NCBI GenBank assembly: GCA_035546295.1
Contig: DATKBT010000052.1
Coordinates: 36,032 to 100,031, forward strand
DNA: 64,000 nucleotides
Direction: 5' to 3'
Source: Thermoanaerobaculia bacterium
Lineage (GTDB): Bacteria > Acidobacteriota > Thermoanaerobaculia > Multivoradales > Multivoraceae
A program made the translations under genes and the position numbers. Numbering within the stretch: position 1 is the first letter of the stretch; each line of letters begins with the position of its first letter. The notes below the pieces were generated by a model. It was not told the DNA's origin and did no database searches. It was given only the letters and a program-made list of their open reading frames with translations. Positions 9,695 to 18,989 of this stretch are shown one piece after another.

Positions 9695-10609
9695 TCAGGC
9701 GATCGGCCGGACCGGAGGACGGGTCGCGATGTGCTCGGGCCGGGGCTCGAGCCCACAGAAGGGATCGACCAGGGCGTTGTCGGTGTGGTTGAAAACCACG
9801 AAGCAGTTGCTGCGCGGGAACGGCGTGATGTTCGAGTTGGAGCCGTGCATGGTGTTGCACTCGAAGAAGGTGACCGACCCGGCGGGCCCGAGCGCCGCCT
9901 CGACACCGCCGCGCTCGGCGAGCCGGGTCAGGCTGTCGTCGTCGGGTACGCCGTACTCCTGGCGCTTGAGCGACTTCTCGTAGTGCTTCTCGGGGGTCGC
10001 TCCGACGCACGAGACGAAGCTCTGGTGGGAGCCCGGGATCAGCAGCAGCGGGCCGTTGTTCGGAGTGTTGTCGGTGAGGCTGACCGAGCAGCTCACCGCC
10101 CGCATCCGCGGCATGCCGTCCTCGACGTGCCAGGTCTCGAAGTCGGAGTGCCAGTAGAACTCCTTGCCCCGGAACCCGCGCTTGTAGTTGACGCGGCTCT
10201 GGTGGATGTAGACCTCTCCACCGAGGAGCTGGCGCGCGACCTCGACGACGCGCGGCTCGGTGCACAGCCGGGCGAGCGGGTGGTCGAGCCGGTGGACGGC
10301 GAAGATCGAGCGGGTCTCGCGCGAGTCGGGCTCGGTGATCGTCTCGGGCCGATCGGCCATCCCGGGTGTGCTCCTCAGATCCTCGAGCTCGCGCGACAGC
10401 CGCTCGACCTCGTCGCTCGAGAACATTCGCTCGAAGACGAGATAGCCGAACTGCTCGTAGCGACGCAGGTGGTCGGCGCGCAGTGGGCCGTCCTGCTCGC
10501 TGCCGTAGACCACGGGGTCGAGGCGGTCCTGGAGGCTCGGGGTGTCGCAGACTCGGGAGGGGTAGAGGTCCTGACGTTGAGTCTTGCTTTCGGTGGCTAC
10601 GCTCACCAT
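9695..10609 (-). CDS. ectD: Ectoine hydroxylase
   Basis: Signature FYWHSDFETWH and the 2-His-1-carboxylate dioxygenase fold (PhyH family). 304 aa at the 3-prime end of ORF 9695..12931. Confidence 0.9.
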   Translation of the reverse strand: MVSVATESKTQRQDLYPSRVCDTPSLQDRLDPVVYGSEQDGPLRADHLRRYEQFGYLVFERMFSSDEVERLSRELEDLRSTPGMADRPETITEPDSRETRSIFAVHRLDHPLARLCTEPRVVEVARQLLGGEVYIHQSRVNYKRGFRGKEFYWHSDFETWHVEDGMPRMRAVSCSVSLTDNTPNNGPLLLIPGSHQSFVSCVGATPEKHYEKSLKRQEYGVPDDDSLTRLAERGGVEAALGPAGSVTFFECNTMHGSNSNITPFPRSNCFVVFNHTDNALVDPFCGLEPRPEHIATRPPVRPIA

Positions 10610-10692
10610 TGTCTCCTTTCGGGGGTTCTTTCGGCGCGCCGGCTCGGACGCGTTGCCCTGTCGATGGTTCTCGTCGTTTCTCGTCGATCGGG

Positions 10693-11118
10693 TCAGCGGC
10701 CGACCGGCTCGCCGGCGGGCTCGCTCACCGGTTCCAGCTCGGCATGGAGAGGATAGACGCCCGAGGCGTCGTGCACCTCGTCGCCGTGCAGCGGCGGGTT
10801 GAACACGCACACCATCCGCATCTCGCTCGACGCGCGCAAGGTGTGACGATCGTGCTGGTCGAGCGCGTAGACGGTGCCCGGGCGGATCGGATGGACCTCG
10901 CCGTCCTCGGTCTCGATCTCGCCCTCGCCCGCGATGCAGTAGACGGCCTCCAGATGGTGGCGGTACCACATGCGGGTGACGGTGCCGCGCTTGATCACGG
11001 TGTCGTGGAGCGAGAACCCCATCCCCTCGTGCGCCAGCAGCAGCCGGCGGCTGGTCCAGTTGGCGGTGTCCACCTCGCGCTCGGACGAGATCAGCTCGTC
11101 GAGATGCCGGACGATCAT
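10693..11118 (-). CDS. ectC: L-ectoine synthase
   Basis: 141-aa cupin MIVRHLDELI...VYCIAGEGEIETEDGEVHPIRPGTVYALDQHDRHTLRA typical of EctC. Confidence 0.9.
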   Translation of the reverse strand: MIVRHLDELISSEREVDTANWTSRRLLLAHEGMGFSLHDTVIKRGTVTRMWYRHHLEAVYCIAGEGEIETEDGEVHPIRPGTVYALDQHDRHTLRASSEMRMVCVFNPPLHGDEVHDASGVYPLHAELEPVSEPAGEPVGR

Positions 11119-11166
11119 CGGATGCTCCTCTCGGGTCGAACGACCATTGTTCAGATGGATGCGAGC

Positions 11167-12444
11167 TCAGACGGATGCGAGCTCGGCCGGTGCGCGCTCG
11201 GTGCAAGCGACCTGGACCGCCTCGGCGATCAGCTCGAGCCCACGCTCGAGCTCGGGCTCGGGAATGGTCAGCGGCGGCAGCAGCTTGAGCACCTCGTCGG
11301 ATGGGCCCGCGGTCTCGATGATCAGGCCGCGCTCGAAGGCGGCGCGGGAGGCCTCGGCGGCCAGCTCGGGCGGATCGAAGACGAGGCCCTGGATCAGACC
11401 GCGGCCGCGGACCTCGGAGACGAGGCCCTCGGAGCCGGCCGCGATCTCCTCGAGGCGCGAGCGGACCCGGCGCGACTTCGCGGCGACGGCGTCTTCGAGC
11501 TCGGAGTCGCTCCAGTAGCGCTCGAGCGCGGCGGTGGCGGTGACGAAGGCGAGGTTGTGCCCGCGGAAGGTGCCGTTGTGCTCGCCCGGCGCCCACTGGT
11601 CGAGCTCGGGGCGGATCAGGACCAGGCTGAAGGGCAGTCCGTAACCGCTCAGCGACTTCGACAGACACACCAGGTCCGGGGTCACGCCGCACGGCTCGAA
11701 GCTGAAGAACGGGCCGGTACGCCCGCAGCCGACCTGGATGTCGTCGACGATCAGGAGCACGTCGTGGCGCGCCGCGATGTCGGCGACGTTGCGCAGCCAG
11801 TCGTCGCCGGCGACGTTGACGCCGCCCTCGGCCTGGACCGTCTCGAGGATGATCGCGGCCGGTTTGTCGAGCCCGCTGCTGGTGTCCGCCAGCATCGTCT
11901 CCAGCAGGTCGAGCGAATGAGTCTCCTGGCCGTAGCCGTCGAACGGGACCGGCGTGGTCTGGGAGAGTGCAACGCCGGCGGCCGCCCGCTTCGCACGGTT
12001 GCCGGTGACCGCCAGCGAGCCGAGGGTCATCCCGTGGAATGCGTTGGTAAAGAACACCACGCGCTCGCGCCCGGTGACCTTGCGGGCCAGCTTGAGCGCC
12101 GCCTCGACCGCGTTGGTGCCGGTCGGGCCCGGGAACTGGACACGGTACTCGAACCCCCGCGGCGCCAGGATCAGCTCGTGCAGGGTCTCGAGCAGCTCCT
12201 CCTTGGCCCGGGTGGCGAGGTCGAGCGAGTGCGAGACGCCGCCGCGTCCCAGGTAGGCGACCAGTCGCTCGCGCAGCTCGGACGGGTTGTGCCCGTAGTT
12301 GAGGGCTCCGGCGCCGGCGAAGAAGTCGAGGTAGCGTCGTCCGTCGACGTCGTGGAGGTGGCAGCCCTCGGCGCGGTCGAAGACCACCGGGAAGCTGCGA
12401 CAGTAGCCGCGGACGCTGGATTCGTGACGGTCGATGACTTTCAA
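11167..12444 (-). CDS. ectB: Diaminobutyrate--2-oxoglutarate transaminase
   Basis: Class-III PLP aminotransferase, 425 aa. Conserved PLP-lysine context SKSLSGYGLPFS. Sits between ectA and ectC. Confidence 0.9.
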   Translation of the reverse strand: MKVIDRHESSVRGYCRSFPVVFDRAEGCHLHDVDGRRYLDFFAGAGALNYGHNPSELRERLVAYLGRGGVSHSLDLATRAKEELLETLHELILAPRGFEYRVQFPGPTGTNAVEAALKLARKVTGRERVVFFTNAFHGMTLGSLAVTGNRAKRAAAGVALSQTTPVPFDGYGQETHSLDLLETMLADTSSGLDKPAAIILETVQAEGGVNVAGDDWLRNVADIAARHDVLLIVDDIQVGCGRTGPFFSFEPCGVTPDLVCLSKSLSGYGLPFSLVLIRPELDQWAPGEHNGTFRGHNLAFVTATAALERYWSDSELEDAVAAKSRRVRSRLEEIAAGSEGLVSEVRGRGLIQGLVFDPPELAAEASRAAFERGLIIETAGPSDEVLKLLPPLTIPEPELERGLELIAEAVQVACTERAPAELASV

Positions 12445-13019
12445 GACGGGTCTCCAGTTCTGGCTTCGGGGTTGGGTTCGCGGGAGATCGTCGGAGAGGA
12501 GCGGGCGTTCGCTTGCGCGCGGTTCTCGGCCGCGCGGTCGACGTCCTCGGCGGCCAGCGGTCCGATGCGGATGTGGTGCTCCTCGGCGTGAGAGTCGGGA
12601 AACAGCTCAGCCGGGAAGTGGGGGCGGCGCTCGAAGCCCGCATCGAGGCAGCGCGCGACGCTGCGGAACAGAGCGAGAGAGGCGGTGTTGTCGGGCGTGA
12701 CCGTCGCCTCGAGCCAGCGCGGCACCGGCCTGGCGGTGGCCAGCGCGCCGACCAGGAGCTGGCGCGCAAGCCCCCGTCCGCGGGCCTCTTCGGCGACCGC
12801 GATCTGCCACACGAAGAGCGAGGAGGGGGTCTCGGGCGGCGAATAGCCGAGGACCGCTCCTTCGACCTTGTCGCCGTCCTCCGCCAGCAGGCAGGTGTCC
12901 CGGAAGTGCGAGCACAGGAGCAGGTAGGCATACGGCGAGTTGACGTCGAGCTGGTCGGAGTCGCGCACCAGACGCCACACCCTCGCGGCGTCCTCGGGTC
13001 GGGGGCGTCGCAGACGCAT
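12441..13019 (-). CDS. ectA: L-2,4-diaminobutyric acid acetyltransferase
   Basis: GNAT fold, 192 aa, immediately upstream of ectB with a 4-nt overlap. Confidence 0.85.
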   Translation of the reverse strand: MRLRRPRPEDAARVWRLVRDSDQLDVNSPYAYLLLCSHFRDTCLLAEDGDKVEGAVLGYSPPETPSSLFVWQIAVAEEARGRGLARQLLVGALATARPVPRWLEATVTPDNTASLALFRSVARCLDAGFERRPHFPAELFPDSHAEEHHIRIGPLAAEDVDRAAENRAQANARSSPTISREPNPEARTGDPS

Positions 13020-14326
13020 CAGCCGGAAGCCGGAACGGTGCCGCCGTCAGCGATCTGGGGAACCATTGCGTCGTGGATCGAGCGGATCGCCGGCAGCACC
13101 GTCGTCCGCTCGATCAGCAGCGTGTACGCATGGTCAACGGCGTGCTCGGCGTCGACCGTGATGCGGTGGCGATCGGTGACCTGGCGGGTGCGATTGCGAC
13201 GGCTCTCGCAGTCCCCGATGCCGAGACCGATGACCGAGACCGAGCCCAGGCCGTCGTCGACCTCGACCTCGCGGTCGAAGGCCCGCTCGAGATCGCAGGC
13301 CAGGTCTTGGCGCGCCGGCAGCTCGTCGGCGGGGAAGAAGAGGGTTCGGCAGCTGCCCGCTCGCAGCGCCGAGAAGGGGATCGACGAGACGCCGACCGCG
13401 GACTCCAGCTCGCGCGCCAGCCCATCGTCGGCGGCGGAGTCGCGCAAGCGCAGTCGCACGAGCTGCCGGTGTCCGGCGACGCCGGTCACTGCGCCCGCGC
13501 CGTTGCCGTCGCCATTCTCGATCGGCGGTCCGATGATCGTACCGGCGCCGGCTCCGAAGGCGGGACGTGCGTGGAGCTCGACCCGATGCGCGGCCGCATG
13601 CTCGACGGCGCGCCGGTCGAGCACCGAGGCACCGGAGTAGGAGAACGCGACCATCTCGTCGTAGGTCACTCGCTCGAGGAGCTGCGCGCCGTCGACGATG
13701 CGCGGATCGGCCGAGAACACCCCCTCGACGTCGGAGTAGATCTCGCAGCGGAGCGCGCCGAGCACCGCGGCGAGCGCCACGGCGCTGGTGTCGGAGCCGC
13801 CCCGCCCGAGCGTCGTGACGTCGCCATCGGGGGCCTCTCCCTGGTAGCCGGCGACCACCACGATCCGGCCGGAGGCCAGCTCGCGCAGCACCCGCGCCGG
13901 CTGCACACCCTCGATGCGCGCGCCGAAGTGGTTCTTGTCGGTGCGGATTCCGCTCTGGGGGCCGCTGAGGGAGACCGCGGCGCAAGCCAGCTCCTCGATC
14001 GCCATCGAGAGCAGGGCCATCGAGATCCGCTCGCCGGAAGAGACCAGCACGTCGAGCTCGCGCCGTGGAGGCGTCGTGTGCAGGGACCGCGCCATGCTCA
14101 GCAGCTCGTCGGTGGTGCTGCCCATCGCCGAGACCACGACGACGACGTCGAAGCCCTGGCTGCGAGTGGACACCACGCGCTCGGCGACCCGGCGCAGCTT
14201 GGCGATGTCGGCCAGCGAGGTGCCGCCGAACTTCTGCACCACGATCGGCGTGCTCGGCACGATCGGCGTGATCGGATGGGTCTGCGCGTTCGGCCGGACC
14301 CCCGGACATCCAGACGGAATGGTCAT
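13019..14326 (-). CDS. ask: Aspartate kinase (ectoine-cluster-associated Ask_ect type); start uncertain
   Basis: Hallmark [10 protein letters not shown], then the amino-acid kinase domain and two ACT-like regions. Stop overlaps the ectA start by 1 nt. Confidence 0.8.
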   Translation of the reverse strand: MTIPSGCPGVRPNAQTHPITPIVPSTPIVVQKFGGTSLADIAKLRRVAERVVSTRSQGFDVVVVVSAMGSTTDELLSMARSLHTTPPRRELDVLVSSGERISMALLSMAIEELACAAVSLSGPQSGIRTDKNHFGARIEGVQPARVLRELASGRIVVVAGYQGEAPDGDVTTLGRGGSDTSAVALAAVLGALRCEIYSDVEGVFSADPRIVDGAQLLERVTYDEMVAFSYSGASVLDRRAVEHAAAHRVELHARPAFGAGAGTIIGPPIENGDGNGAGAVTGVAGHRQLVRLRLRDSAADDGLARELESAVGVSSIPFSALRAGSCRTLFFPADELPARQDLACDLERAFDREVEVDDGLGSVSVIGLGIGDCESRRNRTRQVTDRHRITVDAEHAVDHAYTLLIERTTVLPAIRSIHDAMVPQIADGGTVPASG

Positions 14327-14475
14327 GTCGAGCGGCGCAGAGATAAGAGCAGAATTCAGTGGAATCGAAGAGGGCAAAGGCGTCGAGCGCCGATACTTGT
14401 TATAGCAAAAGATGCTGAGGCATGCAACGTCTCGAACCCGAGCTCTCCCTGCCCTCCCGTTCGACCGGCAGGCGG

Positions 14476-14518
14476 GGGCCATCGAGCGAGGCCATCGAGC
14501 GGGGCCATCGAGAGGCGC
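14476..14518. repeat. Three tandem ~14-nt direct repeats GCCATCGAGCG(A/G)GG between divergent ask and the BNR-repeat gene
   Basis: Read directly: gccatcgagcgag / gccatcgagcgggg / ccatcgagaggcg. Confidence 0.4.
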
Positions 14519-14605
14519 GTCGGCTGCAGGTAGGCTCTTCGTGCTCGAGCGCGTGCTCGACGCCGACCGAGAGCCCGAAAGCGACCCCTGGAGGACGATT
14601 CCGAC

Positions 14606-16638
14606 ATGAGCGCACTCGCTCGCACCGCAGGCGTCGTCGCAGCTCGTTGCGCCGTGCTGCTCGTCGCGCTCTTTCCTGGAGCCGGACTCGTGGCCGGCCA
14701 GGCCGCTCCGGTCGATTCGATCGGGTCCGGCGACCCATCGGTCGACCCAGCCGGACCGGGGGTCGAGCCCTCCGATCCAGGGGCGGTGCCGGCCGATTCG
14801 ATGGCGCAGGTGCTCGAGACCCTCCCCATGCGCTCCCTCGGTCCCTACCGGGCCGGCTCGTGGATCACCGACGTCGCGGTGCTGACGACGGCGGCGACAC
14901 CTGGCGGCTGGTGAGCCCCGAGGGCACCAGCGTCGGTTCGAAGGCCGCGTACTCGTTCAACGAGATCCGCGTCGACCCCGCTGACCCCGAGCGGGTGTAC
15001 GTGACCTCGGAGACGCTGATCTCCTCGGTCGACGGCGGGCGGACCTGGCGGGACCTGCGGTGGCCCCCCGAGGCCCTGTTCTCGTCGATCTTCGGCGACG
15101 TCCGTACCTTCTGGATCGACCCGTTCGACGCCGAGCGGATGATCCTGGGCAGCGATGGCGGCGTATTCCTCTCGTACGACGGCGGCCGCACCGCGGATCA
15201 TCTCTACAACCTGCCGCTGGGCGAGGTCTACGCGGTCGCGGTCGACACCACGTTCCCGTACCACGTCTACGCCGGCCTCCAGGACCACGAGGCGTGGCGT
15301 GGCCCCATCAACGGCTGGTCCGGGGCGGTGACGCTCGAAGACTGGGCGATCGTCGGGCTGTGGGACGGAATGTACGTCCAGGTCGATCCCTCGAACCGCT
15401 TCGTTTACTCGACCACGCAGTTCGGTCACCCGCGGCGCGCCGACCTGCGCACCGGCAGGCGCGTCGCGGTCGAGCCGACGCCGCCCGAGGGCGAGGAGTA
15501 TCGCTACACTTGGACGACGCCGCTGCAGATCTCGCCCCACGATCCCGAGGTGCTGTACCTCGGCGCGCAGAAGCTCCTGCGGTCCCCGGACCGCGGCGAC
15601 TCCTGGGAGGAGATCAGCCCGGACCTGACGACTGCCGACCCCGAGAAGATCCCGGGTCAGACCGTCAACTACTGCACGATCACGACCCTCGCGGAGTCTG
15701 CGATCGAGCCCGGGCTGCTGTGGGTGGGCACCGACGACGGCAGGGTCCACGTCAGCTTCGACGCCAGCCAGCGCTGGCTCGAGCGCACGCAGGAGTTGGC
15801 TGCGGCGGGAGCGCCGGCAGACCGGTGGGTGAGCCGCGTCGCGCCCTCTCGCCACCACGAGGCCGTCGCCTACGTCTCGAAGTCGGGGTATCGCCGCGAC
15901 GACCCGCGGCCGTTCCTGTTTCGAACCGCCGACGGCGGAGAGGCCTGGAGGTCGATCGCGGGCGGCCTGCCACGGGCGGCGATCAGCGTGATCCTGGAGG
16001 ATCCGCACAGCCCGGACGTGCTCTACGTGGGCAACGACCTGGGGGTGTGGGTGAGCGTCGACGGCGGCGACGCGTGGACCAGGCTACCTGGCCTGCCGAC
16101 CGTGCCGGTGCGCGACCTGACGCTGCAGGAGCGCGAGCGGGACCTGGTGATCGGGACCTACGGGCGCGGTCTCTGGGTCGTCGACGTCTGGCCGCTGAGG
16201 GAGCTCGATCGGGGTCGGGCGCTCGAGCGGGTCCACCTGTTCGCGGTCGAGCCCAAGCCGGTGTCCTGGTCGGAGCGCGAGGAATGGGGCGACGATCGAC
16301 TCTACGGAGACCGGCATCTCGGCACACCCAACGAACCGGCCGGCCTCGGCATCTACTACGCGCTGCCGGCCGAGGCCGCCGGCGCGAGCGAAGGGAACCC
16401 CAAGATCAGCATCCTGCGTGGCGGAGAGGTGCTGGCCGAGCTCGACGCTGGCGCCGGGCCCGGTCTGCAGCGCGTCCAGTGGTCGCCCGAGAGCGATGCC
16501 GAGGCGGATCCTGCGCGAGAGGGCGCGCGCGACGCGGTGGCGGCCGGCGAGGTCCTCGTCGTGCTCGAAGCCGGCGGGCGGACGGTCCGCCGCCGGGGCC
16601 GGCTGCTGCCGGCGCCCGAGCACCCCCTGCAGCCGTGA
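14606..16638 (+). CDS. Secreted BNR/Asp-box repeat protein (sortilin/VPS10-like); apparent frameshift near 14885-14895
   Basis: Signal peptide in ORF 14606..14914 (frame 2). Body in ORF 14422..16638 (frame 1) with repeated S-x-D-x-G-x-T-W Asp-boxes ([40 protein letters not shown]). The two frames join at ...WITDVAV / DDGGDTW. Confidence 0.6.
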
Positions 16639-16864
16639 GCCACGCGGCAAAGCGAGCGCCTGCTCTCGAGCAACCAGGTGGCGGCGGCGGACCTCCGCCC
16701 GCCGCTGCAGCGCGCGCGCACGCACGCCTCTTCTCGCGGGAAAGCCGCAACGCTGGTCAGCAAGGGAAGAGCCTAGTAGGCTCTCGGGCAGTATTCCGTC
16801 GTGCGGTCGACTTCGTCCAACTGATTGCCGCTTCACAACTTCGACTGCCGAGGGGCTGCGAGCG

Positions 16865-17356
16865 ATGACCGAATCCGCATTCGATCTCACCGAGTCCGCT
16901 CGGACCGGCGTCGAGCTCTGCCGCCAGGGCCGCTGGGATCAGGGCTTTCGAACGCTCTGCCAGGTCGCCAACGCCGACCGTCAGCGTGCCAAGCTCCCGA
17001 GCGTCTTCTACTCCTACCTGGGCCTGGGCATGGCTCGCTACGAGAAACGTTACGACGACGGCGAGAAGCTCTGCCAGCGCGCGATCGAGATCGAGTTCTT
17101 CGAGCCCGAGAACTACCTCAACCTCGCCAAGGTCTACGGTCTGCGAGGCAAGCGTCCGCAGGCGGTCGAAGCATTGCGCAAGGGGCTGCAGATCGACGGC
17201 AGCCATCAGCAGCTCCGCGACATGTTGCTGGAGCTCGGCGTCCGCAAGAAGCCGGTCCTCTCGTTCCTGTCCCGCGACAATCCGCTCAACCGGCTGCTCG
17301 GCCGGATCCGGCACGACGTCTCGTCGCGCCCGAAGAGGAGCTCCAGCAGGTCGTGA
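16865..17356 (+). CDS. Small TPR-like helical repeat protein
   Basis: 163-aa ORF in frame with ORF 16418..17356; helix-turn-helix repeat pattern with conserved A/Y/L spacing. No strong family signature. Confidence 0.4.
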   Translation: MTESAFDLTESARTGVELCRQGRWDQGFRTLCQVANADRQRAKLPSVFYSYLGLGMARYEKRYDDGEKLCQRAIEIEFFEPENYLNLAKVYGLRGKRPQAVEALRKGLQIDGSHQQLRDMLLELGVRKKPVLSFLSRDNPLNRLLGRIRHDVSSRPKRSSSRS

Positions 17357-17441
17357 TCCCGGCGGCAGCTCGTTTGCCGCCGCCTCGGGCTCCTCACTGA
17401 ATTGAACGAAGGCGCACGAGGCGGTGCTCTCGAGGGCCTCA

Positions 17442-17699
17442 TCAGCCGCCCTCGAATGGGTCGGACGCCCCGTCGATCAGGCTCAGTTCGCCGAGCAGCT
17501 CCTCGACCTCGGCGGCCCGGCGCGCGTCGACCTGGAGCTTCGCGCTCGGCTGGCGGGTCGCGAACAGGGAGCTGAGCAGGCGCATCGGTCCCAGGCGCAC
17601 CGCCTCCTCTCCGATCACCACGGAGCCGATGCCCTCGCCATCGAGCAGGGAGCGCACCACGGCGAGCTCGGCCAAGTCGGCGGTCTCCAGTACAGTCAC
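17442..17699 (-). CDS. DUF2007-like small protein (putative signal-transducing protein), GTG start
   Basis: C-terminal 85 aa of ORF 17442..18068: VTVLETADLAELAVVRSLLDGEGIGSVV... Confidence 0.4.
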   Translation of the reverse strand: MTVLETADLAELAVVRSLLDGEGIGSVVIGEEAVRLGPMRLLSSLFATRQPSAKLQVDARRAAEVEELLGELSLIDGASDPFEGG

Positions 17700-17719
17700 C
17701 GGGTCGTCGGGCCGTGCGT

Positions 17720-18544
17720 TCAGAACGTCACCCCGAATCGCTTGCGCAGGGCGAAGGCGAACACCACCGAGAGGACCAGCAGCACGATCGACCAGTGAGT
17801 GTGCCAGCCGAAGAGCCAGACCTCGGCCTCGCGATATCCGATCGCCATCTCCTCGATCGGAACGCCCTTCGGGATGGGATCCTCGGCTGGGAACAGGAGC
17901 TGGTTGAGCAGACCGCGCTCGAGCCGGTTCGGCGAGCGGCGGGTCAGCTGGTCGGAGACCACCAGGTTCTTGGTGGTGCGGACGCCGCCGAGGTCGAGCG
18001 CCAGCTCGTAGCTGCCCGGAGCCTCGCCGACCAGCTTCCAGGCGAGCTCGTGGCGGCTCGGCGCCCACACCGGCGGCGAGTCGATGCGCACGCCCGGCGG
18101 CGCCTCGAGCGCGACCTCGGGCCGGCCGGCCGGCGCCTCCGGCGACAGCCGCACCGACAGCACCGTCGACTCGCCGACCGCGAGCCCTTCGTAGCCGTAG
18201 TGGAACTGGAGCTGCGCGAAGAGCAGGAACATCGGCACCAGCATGACCAGCAGGGGCTTCAGGTTGAGCCCCATGTACCTCAGGTTCTGGCGCAGCAGGT
18301 TGCCCTGGGCCGCGAGGATCGTCCGCAGGTCGTCGTTGAACAGGCGGATCTCGAAGAAGGAGGCGGCCATCCTCGCCTTGACCGCCTCGATCGCGCGCTG
18401 GTCCGAGAAGCGCTTGTAGACGAGCAGCGCCAGGATTGCGAACGGCAGCGAGACCACCGCGACGGAGACGAACGACGGCAGCGACCGAAACGGCATCAGG
18501 CCCAGGTCGACGAGGCTGCGGAGGATGGAGTTGAGGAACGTCAT
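17720..18544 (-). CDS. Integral membrane protein of unknown function
   Basis: 274-aa ORF with 4-6 predicted TM helices; no recognisable catalytic motif. Confidence 0.5.
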   Translation of the reverse strand: MTFLNSILRSLVDLGLMPFRSLPSFVSVAVVSLPFAILALLVYKRFSDQRAIEAVKARMAASFFEIRLFNDDLRTILAAQGNLLRQNLRYMGLNLKPLLVMLVPMFLLFAQLQFHYGYEGLAVGESTVLSVRLSPEAPAGRPEVALEAPPGVRIDSPPVWAPSRHELAWKLVGEAPGSYELALDLGGVRTTKNLVVSDQLTRRSPNRLERGLLNQLLFPAEDPIPKGVPIEEMAIGYREAEVWLFGWHTHWSIVLLVLSVVFAFALRKRFGVTF

Positions 18545-18746
18545 GGGGTGAGAGGGGGGGAACGGAATCTCCCTGCGGCGCTCGGGGTCGCTCGGGCCGT
18601 GGCCCGGTGGTGGCCGCGTTCGCGTGAGGAATGCTGCGGTCGCCGTATCGGATCGTCGCGGCTGCTAAGAGAGGTCGGCCGCTACGGGCCGCGCGTGCTC
18701 GCGGTGGCTTCTGGTGCGACGAGGCCGCTCTGGAGCCGCGAGCTCG

Positions 18747-18941
18747 TCAGGAGATGTAGCCCAGGCCCTGAAGTCGCTTCTTGATCTCCTCCTCGGAGTC
18801 CGCGTCCTCGAGCTGCGCGAGCTCCTTCTCGAGCGCGTGGGTGATGAACTCCTCGGGGGATGAGTAGCCGGCGATGTCGGAGTAGCGCTTGACCTTGGCC
18901 AGCAGTTCGGGGTCGAGCTTGATCTTGCTGCTCTTGAACAT
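18747..18941 (-). CDS. Small ribbon-helix-helix (CopG/Arc-like) protein, 64 aa
   Basis: Beta-strand KIKLD followed by two helices (PELLAKVKRYSD / SPEEFITHALEKEL). Charged, K/E-rich, clean ORF. Confidence 0.45.
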   Translation of the reverse strand: MFKSSKIKLDPELLAKVKRYSDIAGYSSPEEFITHALEKELAQLEDADSEEEIKKRLQGLGYIS

Positions 18942-18989
18942 TGGGTGTCCTCTGCGGTGGGCGGAGTCGTGGATCGGAGGCCGTCCGGA

